Assembly: GCA_964016885.1 (NCBI GenBank)
Contig: OZ024750.1
Span: 18,290,001-18,354,000 of the forward strand
DNA length: 64,000 nt
Direction of reading: 5' to 3'
From: Eledone cirrhosa
Lineage: Eukaryota
In this document: piece after piece, positions 13,235-24,714 of the stretch
How positions within the stretch are numbered: the stretch's first letter is position 1
Layout: the number at the start of each line of letters is the position of its first letter
Program-made: the position numbers and the translations under genes
Notes under the pieces: generated by a model
The model's database searches: none
What the model saw: the letters and a program-made list of their open reading frames with translations, nothing else
Told to the model about the DNA's origin: nothing

Positions 13235-14592
13235 CCTTTTCAAAATAACTTAGGTCAAACATTTTTGTTTCACTATGAAGATCTCATTGAGTTGCCAATA
13301 ACACCAACAAGTTCATTCGGCTAAATGGTTATCCCCACTGCTCAAAGAACTTACCCAAGATTCCAAAAGCAGGAGAAAGCATTTTGAAAAAAATTTCCAT
13401 AACAAAATGGAAATTTAAACATTTCCTTTTTTTTTTCTATTTTTTTTTTTAAATGATAAATTCTTGATTGGAATGTCCAGACAGTCAACAAGAATGAAAA
13501 ACAATGGATGACTCTGTAAAAATTCACTAAATGCATAGCATTGAAGAAATAAAATGATAAAATAATGGATCGATAGTGTTCTAAGAATTTCTATGAAAAA
13601 AAATAAAATTAAAATAAAAACAAGTGTCTTGTTCTAAACTTTTGCACCAAAATATACAATCTCAGCAGATTTGGTTGTTCGGTGGGATTACTTTAAATAT
13701 TGTTGTTGTTGTAAAATGAGACAATATGGAGTGGATTTTGGCATTTAATGTTAAGTTGGTAATATACCATGCTACCATGATACAATCATGCTACCATGAG
13801 TATAGACATAAAGTTCAAGACAGGATATCATGTGTCATGATTTCAAAAGACATTTGAGGAAAAGGAGTGGAAGATAAATTACATAGAGCATACACACACA
13901 CACAGAAACACACACATATACACACACAAAATCTGTTGTAGCCATTTTGTTTGGGGAAGTAAAATGTTCTGAAAATGTAGTTGAAATGAAGTGAAAAGAG
14001 AGAGAGACTAACATTAAAAATTCATTAATGAATTCGAAGGGGAAAAAATCACAGTTTTTTTTTTTAAAACAGCCATGACGAAAAGAATGAAAAATGTCTG
14101 GTAAATAAATGAGTTGATGTTTTGTGAGATTTTTTTTCTTCAGCTTTGTACATTTTTTGAAAGGAAACACATAAAACCAATGATTTTTTTGATCAGCAGA
14201 AAGCAGTTATAAAGAAACAGTGTAGTAGTTATTATATTTGGAAACATGGGACATGAAGAATATACAATGAATTTTCAGCAAGAACTTGACAGGGTTTTAA
14301 ATTTCCTAAACACCAAAGACAGATTACTATCGCAAATGTTGGAAGAAAAAAATGTTTCTTCAGCAATGTCATTTATTTGTTTTCGTATGTTTTATGTTTT
14401 TAAGTCTTCATTGTGGAGAAATTTACTAAATTTATTTTCACAAATCTTTTTTTCTTATTACATCTATTACAAGACATTCCCCCACAACCCCTACACCATT
14501 ATCAGATATAGTGAAGAGAAACCCTTACATTTTGTATGTATGTATATATATATATATAAAGAGAGAGAGAGAGAGGATAGTTGCTTCTTCGT

Positions 14593-17500
14593 TTATGGAG
14601 GTAAAGATAGTGCAGGGTTTGACAGTATATTAACATTATCACTGCATGTTAAACATGTCTTCAGTTGTGGTAAGACATCATCTGCAACTAGTAACATCTC
14701 GTTTGTCTCAACCTGAGGTAGACTATCATTTAACTTCAATAAAAAACTACTTTGAGCCAACGAACATTTCTGTACTGAAATCTTTTGACACTGAAGTCTG
14801 TCAAATACGTTAGAATACGTCCACAAAGGGTTGACATCAAAAAGAAGAAAATGCCTCACCCCATTTTGTTCAATGAATCTTACAACTCTATTGCCTAGTT
14901 GTGTCATTCCGCCCAGAGTCAATTCATTTTCTTGAGGCTGTGAGTCCATAGATATAACCTTAACATTGTTGTGGTCAGTGTGATTGTTTTCTTGTTCAAT
15001 GGCTAGTCTAGAACTATCTAAAGTAGAGTCTTCAGAATTTGACAGGGTTATATAATCACAGAGACCTGAGAAGGGAGATGAATTTTCTAAGCTATCAGAT
15101 TCAGATTCTAAAATCACATTTGAACTATCTGTAATTAATGACCTCCTCAAAACATTATCTTCCAAATTTACTGGAGATGGACATGTGTCTAGTGTTGGCT
15201 GTTCTGTAGAATTGTTATGTGACAGACTAGTGTCTAATGTAGTATAAAGTGTTAAAGAATTCTGTAGTACTTCAGTCTCCAGTGGCATCTCTGCATTATA
15301 CTCGAGACTTTCTACTGAAGGTTCGAATATGCCAGACACCGGTCGCTTTGGTGGCTTGCGGTATGAACTGCAACATTCTATTCTTCTCGATGGACCTGAC
15401 TCTGTGGCGAACTGCTGGCAGAGACAAGAACATTTATAACCCGTTTTATGTAAAGATTCTGCTGGATTCTCACTCACAGACGCAAATGTATTCCGTCTTG
15501 GATTTTTTTCCAAACCTTCTGACCATTTAGGATCAAAGACACCCGTATTACCTGGATCCCAGTCTTGGACACACCTTACAAGCTTACATTCTTGAAAACT
15601 ATAGAAGAAATGATAGAGTAGTTCTGCATCAGAGAGTAACATAATACCGAGTGGTGTAGCACGGTTACCACCAAAGACCATGCTAGATTCTAGAAGATAT
15701 TTTAAAGCAAAAGACCGCATGTAATGTGGCAGCTCTAAATACGGAAAGCCATAGTCTCTATGTTTAGTCCGATAAAAGACAGTTTGATTTTTGCCGAGAA
15801 AACACTTCTGGACAACTTCTCGAACGATGATATATTTTTTGACATTAATGATGACACAGAGAAGTTTGTGACCATGAAACTTGACGAATTTATGAATGAT
15901 CTGATGATGTGGTGGGGTATAGCCCACTTGAGAATAGCAACTACCAGTGAAAGCATGAGTGACACATCCAGTGAAATTTGTGTCTGTTTGATTCTGTTTA
16001 TCATGAGATGAACTGGAGTCTTCACGGTGCTGCTGCTCAGCCAAACCTGGAGGACTAAAGGTACGGCCATATCTAAGGGGACAAGTCATTAAAATTCTAT
16101 TATGCAGAGTTTGTAGGTCATATTTTAATGGCGGGTGTAGTGGAGAGGGGTTTCCTGGTGAAAGCTGATCTTCAAGAAATGGCGTATCAATATCATTACC
16201 TTTTATATTATCAGAAAACTTTTCTTCATCAAACAATTCACTATTTGCACATTTGGCTCTTTTATTGAAGTTTGTGTAAAATTTCTTTAATAAACGACTC
16301 TTTCTTACTTTTTTGGACAATTTGAACTTTCTTTGTCGGCGTTTAGCAACTGAAGACAATGGATTTATGTTTCCATCGCTTTTAGCATCTTTTAAATGTT
16401 TACATTTTTTATCTGAGTATACAGTCTTTGGACATGCAGCAATTGTTTTGTCTGAGTTCACAGTCTTTGGAGCTGTGGTGATTACTTTGTTTGAGTATAA
16501 ATTGTTCAAGCCTGTAATTGTTTTACATAGTTTAACCTCACAGGGAGGGAGGGGAAAGATAGATTTGCACTGATTGTTTCTAAGTGTCAATCTTTCGTGA
16601 GAATTTTTGACAACAGGTTTCAGTAGAGCTTTATCAACAGAACTTTCATAAATGATCTCACTGATGAAATCACGACTGTTTGCTGAGGTAACTTCACCAT
16701 TCTTTGTCTTTGAGACTTCTTTTGAACAGCCATCAAATAATTTGGGTGAAACCACCACAGAATTCCCTGCAGATTTCTGGTTCATCGGAATAATATCAGT
16801 GTCGTTGTTAGTTTGTAATGGTTCTTCTGATGTAAGCACCATGGAAGCTTTGCTCCCATCAGAAATGTTAACAGATGTTTTATTCTCATCCAATTTCATA
16901 GAGCAATTCTCTGTGACAGGACAAACAATAACATTGGCAGCATCTTTTAATAAATGTTCGGACTTCACCGTCAAATTCGGCAGGTTATCATTGACAGGTT
17001 CTTCATAGTCAGTTACTATGGCAACAATATTTATATCACCGTTTTCGCTGACTTCCAAACACGGTGCCTTGTTTAAGTCTTCTAATTCCTCAATAACACA
17101 TATTTTCTTGGAAATGTTTAAGAAATTCATCTCCGATGGCTGAACTACAGTGACCTGGTCCTGTTTGTCATCGTCTCTCACTGTTTTGTCATCTGTGATG
17201 GGACTGATAAGTTTAAAGATGTCTGCTGCACCAAAGTTTGATAATTTCTTCTGAGGAATTTCTGTTAAACAACTATCAACAGTGATTTCATTTGGTTGTT
17301 CTGATGGTGGCAGCGGTGGTGGTGGTGGTGGTGGTTCTTCTGGAGGTGGTAGTGGTGGTGGTGGTTGTTCTGGAGGTGGTAGTGGTGGTGGTGGTTGTTC
17401 TGGAGGTGGTAGTGGTGGTGGTGGTGGTTGCTCTGGAGGTGGTAGTGGTGGTGGTGGTTGTTCTGGAGGTGGTAGTGGTGGTGGTGGTGGTGGTAGTGGC

Positions 17501-20500
17501 GGTGATGGTGATGAATGCTGTTGCTGTAGTTGTGAATCGTTTTGCTGTTGCTGTGACTGTTGTTGTTGTTCGTCGTCTTCTTCTTCTTGTAGCTGTGATT
17601 GATTCTGTTTTTGTTGCTGCTGCAGTTGTGATTGGTTCTGTTGTTGCTGCTGCTGCGACTGTTGAAGTTGTTGCTGTGACTCTTGCAATTGATGTGTTTG
17701 TTGTTGCTGCTGCTGCGACTGTTGAAGTTGTTGCTGTGACTCTTGCAATTGATGTGTTTGTTGTTGCTGCTGTTGCTGCGACTGTTGAAGTTGTTGCTGT
17801 GACTCTTGCAATTGATGTGTTTGTTGTTGCTGCTGTTGCGACTGTTTTTTAAACAGCAATAGTTTCTGCTGAGTCCCTACCTTCCCCTCTTCCTTCTCCT
17901 CCTCTAGCTGTAGTGAAGTAGCAGGAGTGTTGATGGCTGCAGTTGTCCTCATTGATGTTGTCAATGTTGTTCCATCTTTTTTAACAAATTCTTTTACATT
18001 CTGCAACACAATATTTTTATCCTTGTTTTTCTCTTCCACAGAAAGTTTACATTTGTTATTGTGGTTATCACCATCATCACCATCATCATCATTATTATTA
18101 TTATTATTATTACTCTTATTTTCGTTGTTATTGTTAGTGGTGGTGGTGGTGGTGATGACAGTGGTGGTAGTGGTGTTGTTACTGTTAGTGTTGCAATTTT
18201 TAAAATGTTCATCAGACTTTGGGGACTTGGTCGCTGCTGCCTGACAGAAGCTTGGCTCTGAGGTCGGCTTATCCTTGTGAAAAATATCTAATTGTTTCCT
18301 ATATTTCCAATATTTGGAATTTCCAGCAGTTCTAGCACAATCTTTATTTTGATTTTCATCAGGATCCTCCTCTTCTTCCTTGTCAAGCTTTTCTTCCTCT
18401 ATATTTTTCTCTTCCATTTTCGTTCTGTCTGGAAGTTTTTCAATCCTTACCTGAGAATTCTTTGTGATCACACTGTTGTTTCCATTCTCATGACTGAGAG
18501 AAACCAACCTCTTTGAAATTGGTAATTCATCTTCACATGCTAACAGAGCTCTCTCTAACAAACTTTGTCCCTTTGTATGCTGTCTAGTGTCATTGGTAGG
18601 CAGCTTGAGAGAATGATATGGGGCATATACAGCTGACACTTCTGGTATTGTTGTATCGAAATCTGATTTTGTACAGAGTTCTTGTTCATCATTGGTGGAT
18701 GGACTTCTGTCTGGACTCGGCAGTAAACATACCGTTGAGTTAATGCTGCTCTCGTCGGTGGAAACCAGTTGAGATGTGTCTTCTCTCTCATTTGATTCAA
18801 TATCAGATTTCTCCTGGTCATCTTGTATCCTAACTGGTGACTTACATGGCTCTAATTCCTTATGTTTGGTCTTCAGCCAAGAGGAATTTGTGATTTCGAT
18901 ATCAAGATTAGTATCAGTCGATGGTTTTGTGGTATTAATGGACTTTCCTGAAGAGGAATTAGTAGAGTTTGAATTCCCTTTTAAAACAGAAACTTTTGAC
19001 AATGGAGAAAATGTTTGTACCCTTGACGTAACTTTATCTTCCATGATGGTGAAAACAATTTCCTTCTCCAGAGTTCTTTCTCCAAATGAATCAGCATTAT
19101 CCGTTGCTTTTGAACTGGAACTTATGCTTGTATTTTTTAATGAATCCATGGAACTTTCAGCAGTACTTAGAGTATCAACTGACTGTCTGGAGAAAATCAC
19201 AGATTTCGGTGGAGCAATTGTTTGGACACCATTGGAATCATCAGTGTCGTCTAGAGTCACACATTTCTCATCATTAACAGGTTTCACATGAGGGTTATTT
19301 GCCCTGCTGCGTTCAACTTCTCTCTCTTCAGGCCATGATTTCCAGGTTTTTTCGTTTGTCTCCATGTGGCTTTGATTTGAGCTTGAGTTTGATAAAGAAT
19401 GTAAAATATCCACAATATCACAGTACTCAGGAGCATTGTTGCTGCTGTTGTTGTTGCTGTTGGTTTTGTCAAAGAATTTATCTGTTTGGTTAGCACTAAC
19501 TGATTTATTTGAAATCGATGCAGGAATATAATTCTTGGGAGGAGATTCAAAGTTGTTACCTAATAATTTGTTCATAGGTTCCGGGGGCCAACAAGAGGTG
19601 TCTTCATCAAGCTCAAAGTTTTCACGTTTGCGTGGTTCGTATTTTTTTCGTTTTGATCTACTTTCCAGCTTCATCCTGTAATCCTGGACAATATCAGTGG
19701 ATAACAGGTTTTCTTTTTGATTGTCTTCTAGATTGACGCTTATAATGTCTGGCAACCTACGCTTTCTGGTGACATTACTGGCACCAGTGGCTGCCATCAG
19801 GTCTTTGGATCTGTGAGGGACACCAGACAAAGACAGAGAGTAGGAACTGGTGATCACCAAGTCACAAGGAGCCTCGTCGTTTTGATGATTGGCCTTCTCT
19901 ACAACAGAGGACCGGGGCCGTGTAAGTGGGGAAGGAGTGGAGACGGAAGGAGAAAGACTAGGAGCAGAGACTGTGGGAGGGGTTGAAATAGCAGGTGTGG
20001 TGACAATAAGAGCAGGAGGAGGAGGAAGAGATTGTTGTGATCGTGGTTGTGATCGTGGTTGTGGTGGTGGTGGAGGCGGTGGTGGTGGTGGTGGTGGTGG
20101 TGGTGGTGATGGGGAAGAGTCAGTGTCTCTGGACAAATCTATTACATCTTCAACTACTCGATGGTTTCGTTTGGTAAACGAAGAATTGAGTGCCATGATA
20201 TGATGTTTCTTTGGAAGATGACTAAGGGTTGACTGACGACTTGGTGCCATTTGAACATGGTTGTGTTGATTGGAATTACTAGTTAAAACATCAGAAATCA
20301 CAGATTCCGAACTGGTCGACTTTGATGTTTTATTTAGTTTAGATTCGTTTTGATGTTTTTTCATGAGTCTTTTGAGGAAATATTCTGCAAAATTATTTGA
20401 AGAATTTGAAGAATTGACAGAATCTGGAAGACAATTGGAAGATTTTGAAGAATTTGAAGATGAGAGTTTGGTACAATTAAAGTCATTTGAAATAATCGCA

Positions 20501-21252
20501 GGATTTTCTAAATTAATAGGTTTGTTTACTACTGCACTTTCAATCTCACTGCCTCCTAAATTGCCTGATTTTTCAATGTCTTTTATAACTTTCTCTTTCT
20601 TTGTCTGAGGTGGAGGGCTTTTTTCTGGCATCTTATACCAAGACCTTCTTGTCAGAGAGCCCCCACACACAGATGTCGTTGTTTCACACTTCTGTACCAC
20701 AGTTTTCTCAATGAAGTTAAGATCAGCATGGATGTGGTTCCCCACAGGGTGGAGACAGTCAATGTTTTCTAATTGGCTCGGTGGCATCACCACGGGTAGT
20801 TCTGGGAGAGGAATGTCATTTGGGTAGCGCGTGTACCAGCCACGGAGATTTGCAGGGCTATTGGGGTGCACCGAACCCAGAATAGGGTCCACCAAGGTGC
20901 CGCCATGGGGCTGCGTTACAGCAGGTAAATTAAATGAGGGGGGAGGAACACGATTGGGAACTCTACATGGATATGACTGCTGGTTTGAAAGAACGTTGCC
21001 GTTTGTAACAGAATGGTTTAACCAACCTCCAGGAGGTGGCCAACCAGACCAAGGTGGAGCTCTTGGTGACCAATTAATGTTGTTATAACATGTACGATCT
21101 GGGACAAACGGGGGTGCGAGGCCAGCATAATATCCCATTGTTTGATGGTAATGAGAAATCTGTGTGGTGAAGACATTTTCCTCTAGTTGTAAGCGATTGT
21201 TGTTGCGTCTCCGCTCTTTCTTGGAGTGAGAATCTTCACTTCTAGATGACAT
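14593..21252 (-). CDS. Single-coding-exon 2219-aa putative nuclear protein: long disordered region with poly-P, poly-Q and poly-N/T tracts, and two C-terminal SKI/SNO/DAC-like domains
   Basis: A 6660-nt stop-free ORF in AT-rich DNA, mostly of complex amino-acid composition. An in-frame TAG at 21270-21268 lies just upstream of the ATG. Basic NLS-like clusters (RSKRKKYEPRKR, KRRQRKFKLSKKVRKSR). The domain call is by eye only. Confidence 0.9.
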   Translation of the reverse strand: MSSRSEDSHSKKERRRNNNRLQLEENVFTTQISHYHQTMGYYAGLAPPFVPDRTCYNNINWSPRAPPWSGWPPPGGWLNHSVTNGNVLSNQQSYPCRVPNRVPPPSFNLPAVTQPHGGTLVDPILGSVHPNSPANLRGWYTRYPNDIPLPELPVVMPPSQLENIDCLHPVGNHIHADLNFIEKTVVQKCETTTSVCGGSLTRRSWYKMPEKSPPPQTKKEKVIKDIEKSGNLGGSEIESAVVNKPINLENPAIISNDFNCTKLSSSNSSKSSNCLPDSVNSSNSSNNFAEYFLKRLMKKHQNESKLNKTSKSTSSESVISDVLTSNSNQHNHVQMAPSRQSTLSHLPKKHHIMALNSSFTKRNHRVVEDVIDLSRDTDSSPSPPPPPPPPPPPPPPPQPRSQPRSQQSLPPPPALIVTTPAISTPPTVSAPSLSPSVSTPSPLTRPRSSVVEKANHQNDEAPCDLVITSSYSLSLSGVPHRSKDLMAATGASNVTRKRRLPDIISVNLEDNQKENLLSTDIVQDYRMKLESRSKRKKYEPRKRENFELDEDTSCWPPEPMNKLLGNNFESPPKNYIPASISNKSVSANQTDKFFDKTNSNNNSSNNAPEYCDIVDILHSLSNSSSNQSHMETNEKTWKSWPEEREVERSRANNPHVKPVNDEKCVTLDDTDDSNGVQTIAPPKSVIFSRQSVDTLSTAESSMDSLKNTSISSSSKATDNADSFGERTLEKEIVFTIMEDKVTSRVQTFSPLSKVSVLKGNSNSTNSSSGKSINTTKPSTDTNLDIEITNSSWLKTKHKELEPCKSPVRIQDDQEKSDIESNEREDTSQLVSTDESSINSTVCLLPSPDRSPSTNDEQELCTKSDFDTTIPEVSAVYAPYHSLKLPTNDTRQHTKGQSLLERALLACEDELPISKRLVSLSHENGNNSVITKNSQVRIEKLPDRTKMEEKNIEEEKLDKEEEEDPDENQNKDCARTAGNSKYWKYRKQLDIFHKDKPTSEPSFCQAAATKSPKSDEHFKNCNTNSNNTTTTTVITTTTTTNNNNENKSNNNNNNNDDDGDDGDNHNNKCKLSVEEKNKDKNIVLQNVKEFVKKDGTTLTTSMRTTAAINTPATSLQLEEEKEEGKVGTQQKLLLFKKQSQQQQQQTHQLQESQQQLQQSQQQQQQQTHQLQESQQQLQQSQQQQQQTHQLQESQQQLQQSQQQQQQNQSQLQQQQKQNQSQLQEEEDDEQQQQSQQQQNDSQLQQQHSSPSPPLPPPPPPLPPPEQPPPPLPPPEQPPPPPLPPPEQPPPPLPPPEQPPPPLPPPEEPPPPPPPLPPSEQPNEITVDSCLTEIPQKKLSNFGAADIFKLISPITDDKTVRDDDKQDQVTVVQPSEMNFLNISKKICVIEELEDLNKAPCLEVSENGDINIVAIVTDYEEPVNDNLPNLTVKSEHLLKDAANVIVCPVTENCSMKLDENKTSVNISDGSKASMVLTSEEPLQTNNDTDIIPMNQKSAGNSVVVSPKLFDGCSKEVSKTKNGEVTSANSRDFISEIIYESSVDKALLKPVVKNSHERLTLRNNQCKSIFPLPPCEVKLCKTITGLNNLYSNKVITTAPKTVNSDKTIAACPKTVYSDKKCKHLKDAKSDGNINPLSSVAKRRQRKFKLSKKVRKSRLLKKFYTNFNKRAKCANSELFDEEKFSDNIKGNDIDTPFLEDQLSPGNPSPLHPPLKYDLQTLHNRILMTCPLRYGRTFSPPGLAEQQHREDSSSSHDKQNQTDTNFTGCVTHAFTGSCYSQVGYTPPHHQIIHKFVKFHGHKLLCVIINVKKYIIVREVVQKCFLGKNQTVFYRTKHRDYGFPYLELPHYMRSFALKYLLESSMVFGGNRATPLGIMLLSDAELLYHFFYSFQECKLVRCVQDWDPGNTGVFDPKWSEGLEKNPRRNTFASVSENPAESLHKTGYKCSCLCQQFATESGPSRRIECCSSYRKPPKRPVSGIFEPSVESLEYNAEMPLETEVLQNSLTLYTTLDTSLSHNNSTEQPTLDTCPSPVNLEDNVLRRSLITDSSNVILESESDSLENSSPFSGLCDYITLSNSEDSTLDSSRLAIEQENNHTDHNNVKVISMDSQPQENELTLGGMTQLGNRVVRFIEQNGVRHFLLFDVNPLWTYSNVFDRLQCQKISVQKCSLAQSSFLLKLNDSLPQVETNEMLLVADDVLPQLKTCLTCSDNVNILSNPALSLPP
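14655..14915 (-). other. SKI/SNO/DAC-like domain 2 (about aa 2112-2199)
   Basis: GNRVVRFIEQNGVRHFLLFDV...VFDRLQCQKISVQKCSLAQSSFLLKL...MLLVADDVLPQL matches the recalled VYTKLKRLEITPVVCNVEQVRILRGL...KLISRKDFETL pattern. Confidence 0.5.
15600..15900 (-). other. SKI/SNO/DAC-like domain 1 (about aa 1785-1885)
   Basis: FVKFHGHKLLCVIINVKKYIIVREVVQKCF...QTVFYRTKHRDYGF...LGIMLLSDAELLYHFF follows the pattern of the Dachshund/Ski domain as recalled (VEYRGAKVASFTVNGEELICLPQAFDLF...HTVYTKLKRLEI...CKLISRKDFETLY). Confidence 0.5.
17300..17845 (-). repeat. Coding tandem repeats: (PPPPLPPPEQ)n and (QQQQQTHQLQESQQQLQQS)x3
   Basis: Visible directly in the DNA and in the ORF translation; the reading frame is preserved. 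Confidence 0.9.
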
Positions 21253-21345
21253 TGCACAATGTAATTCCTAGATTGGTAATCCAATGTAATCCAATAAAAA
21301 ATGTCCACCTGCCTGTCTGTGTGTCTCTCTAATACTCAATGTTAT

Positions 21346-21372
21346 CTGGAAAATAGCGAGAAAAACAAATTA
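21346..21372 (-). other. 3' splice acceptor (polypyrimidine tract + CAG) preceding the coding exon; exon would start at 21345
   Basis: The minus strand reads ...atttgttttttctcgctattttccag|ATAACATTGAG, 93 nt upstream of the ATG. This implies non-coding upstream exon(s) to the right. Confidence 0.6.
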
Positions 21373-22568
21373 AGAATGAGTACAACTAGTGACAAAATGG
21401 AAATTACATTTGTCTAACTGTAGTAGTAGTAGTAGTGGTGGTGGTATTGGTGGTAATAGTGGCAGCAGCATAAGTAGTGGTGGTACTACCTCTACTACTA
21501 CAATCAAACACCACCACTACAACTACTACTATTACTACTACAATTACTACTACTATAAAGAAATACATTAATTTGAGGTGAATTTTTTTTTTTATTACAA
21601 AAATACAAAACATATTTTTCAAAAAATTTAATTAAGACTTTAAAGTAACTGAAAATTTTGAAAATGTGATTTTTAATGAACTAGATGTAAATTTTCAGAG
21701 ATATTAAAACCAATCATATTACAAAAAAATCAATAAATAGATACAAAATCAATACAAAACATATGTATGATTTAATCAATCAAAAGGCCATAATAATACC
21801 ATGGAAAAGAATTTAATATCAAAAAGGCCGAAATTGCAAGGTTAATTAATAAATGACGTGTTAACCTTTTTTTTACAATCCTTATTCCTGTTTCACATCA
21901 GTTTTCCATGAAGGCATGGGTTGGATGGCATTACCACTTTACAGGGTTGACTGGGTATATTTTATCATAGCACCAATAATACCTTTCTGCAGTATGGACC
22001 TGGCATATTTTATTGTGGAACTAGCAAAACATTTTATAGTGTGTACTGGGTGTGTTTTATTATGGTACAAGGACTGCTGCTTTATAGCATGTACCGGATC
22101 TATTTTCTTTTGGCTCTAGCACTTAGCACTTTACAGAGTGGACTGGGTACACTTTTTCGGTGCACCAGTACTACAACTTTACAAAAACATTGCTTATAAT
22201 TTTTAAATAATTTTGAAAATATTCAAGAATTTTGAAGAATTTAGTAATATAATTAGCTTTCTGATTAATAAGTTGGCATTTGGAATATAAAGGTTCCTAC
22301 ATAAAATTATGATGGAAGGTTCACTTTCACCCTTTTGTTATCAAATTTTTAATGAAATTTTTAATTTTGCTTATGGTTTTCAAATAATTTTGAAAATAAT
22401 CTAGAATTTGGAGTGGTTTAACTAACTTCCTCATTTTAAAGCTGGTGTTTGGAGCATAACTTAAAGGATCTGATACAAAATTATGATGGTTTTTTTTTTT
22501 AGATAAATATGTTTTAAAATATACAGTTTTATATCACAGAACCAGGATCAAAACAGCCACAAGCATTC

Positions 22569-22756
22569 TAACCATTTAGCATTTAAACCAGCCATATCCA
22601 GCCAGAATTCTCTCACTTCTTTCTGTTCAAACTGGCTGCTCATACTGTTCATCAAAATCTTGTAGGTTTGATATTATGTGAGACATTATGTAAGATAAAG
22701 CCTCTACCACAAAATACAATAGTATATATAGAGTAACGTAAATGCTAAAGGGTTAA
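22569..22756 (+). mobile_element. MITE family A
   Basis: Termini and internal sequence match 7273-7486. Confidence 0.8.
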
Positions 22757-24140
22757 ATCCATATTCCCTGTTAAAGTATGGGTTTGCCTTGCAGTTCCTA
22801 TGACAGACTCCATAGTCCTCAATAGGGTCCTTCTGGATGTTATGTTCTATGGCCAGATGCCCTTCTGAATGCTAACCCCTGTAGTCATACAGGGCTACAC
22901 TGTACATAGTCAAAATGTCTACTGTAAAATGGTTGGCATTAGGAAAGGCATCCAACCATAGGAGCCATGCCAAAAATGTATGAACATGTATGAACATGAT
23001 GAGAATCTCAGACAAGTCTAAGCTGAGACCATGATGACCCAGTCAAACTATGACAACATGGAAAACAGACATAAAATGATGATGATGATGTAATGGGTAG
23101 AGGATGATTGTGGCCATCTGCTCTTACAGTCAGATGATGATGACTCAGTTGCTATAGTAACTCCCATGTCTATTGAACCATATCAAACAGGTTCCACCCC
23201 AGTCCTTCTTTTATATTGATTGTCCAACTTTCACTGTCCAACACATGACTCATAGAGTCAACCCTTTTATTCATAAGTCCTTTGTTGTATAGAGGTAGAA
23301 ATATATACTGAGATACACATGCATACACACACAGATTAAGACATACATACATATATAGTTAGCTAGATACATAGACAAAGAGATACACACACACACACAG
23401 ACAGATGAAGACTTACCTATATATATATATATAGATATATACATATATGACGGCATACACAAACATATAGCCACACATACATACACACACACACACAGAT
23501 GAAGACATTAATACATATATATAGAGAGACATACATAGACGAAGGAATACATACAGAGGCACACACATACATACATGCAAAGCCTTCATACACACACAGA
23601 TACATATATACAGGTATGAAGGTATATACACACACATTTGTAAATTCTGTTACTGGCTAAGCTGGAGCCTTGAAGGGATTGAGTCAATCATATTGACCCA
23701 GGTACATATTATTTTTCAATCTGGCACTCATTTTATGGAACATAGACACACACACACACACATATATTTATACACAATGGGATTTTGCATAGATTCTGTC
23801 TACCAAATTTCGCTGACAAGGCATTAATCACCCCGATGCTATAAAAGACACTTGCCCACTTAGAATCACATATAGAACCAGCTCAACAAAACCAATGTGA
23901 AATAAAGTGCCTTGCTCAAGGATACAACACACTGCTAGGAATCAAACTCATGACCTCAAGATCGTGAGCTGAACACCTTAACCTCATCATCATCCTTTTT
24001 ACGTCCACTTTCCATGCAAGCATGGATTAGACAGGTTGTCTCAAAGGGTCTGAGTGGTCAATTCTACTTATGATCCATATTTGGCATTATTTCTATGGCT
24101 GGATGGCCTTCCTGGTGCCCATCACATCAGAGTGCCTTAC

Positions 24141-24173
<33 letters not shown>

Positions 24174-24177
24174 AAAT

Positions 24178-24390
24178 TTATATAATCACAATATAATTAT
24201 TCCATTATCTAAGATTCCATGAAACTAGATGATCTTAACATCATCCGATAAGCGAACTGGATGTTTCTGTTAAGATCATCTAGTTTCATGAAACCTTAGG
24301 TAATGGATTAATTATATTGTGTTGTTTATTATGTAATTAAATAGCTCTGTACTATACATAGAGCACTCTTTTTTCCTTTACCTTTTCTAC
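24178..24390. mobile_element. Imperfect hairpin element between microsatellites
   Basis: cacaatataatta.tccatta.ctaag...catgaaactagatgatcttaaca and tgttaagatcatctagtttcatg...cttag.taatgga.taattatattgtg are inverted arms around a loop of about 27 nt. Confidence 0.7.
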
Positions 24391-24400
24391 GGAAATACAT

Positions 24401-24444
<44 letters not shown>

Positions 24445-24631
24445 TAATGAAGGAAGTGTGGTAAGGAACCAGATGGACCATAACGCACCAGAGTACTCAA
24501 TACTTAGGGTAGTAGAGTGGGTAATAGGAAAATGTTTGACCCCGACAGCAGAGTTCAAGCCGTTTCGATGGCTAATTCAGTCCAGAAATAGCCGTCGAAA
24601 CGGCTTGAGCTGTGCCGTCGAGGTCAAACAT

Positions 24632-24636
<5 letters not shown>
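24445..24636. mobile_element. Hairpin-plus-tail element in (TA)n, same family as 5728-6055
   Basis: The tail 24445-24527 is the reverse complement of about 5970-6055. Arms: gaaaatgtttgacc..cga...aagccgtttcgatggcta and tagccgtcgaaacggctt...tcgaggtcaaacattttc. Confidence 0.75.

Positions 24637-24710
<74 letters not shown>

Positions 24711-24714
<4 letters not shown>

Noticed and set aside
15249-21088. Plus-strand and alternate-frame ORFs overlapping the large CDS
   Set aside because: Shadow ORFs of the real coding frame with no independent support.
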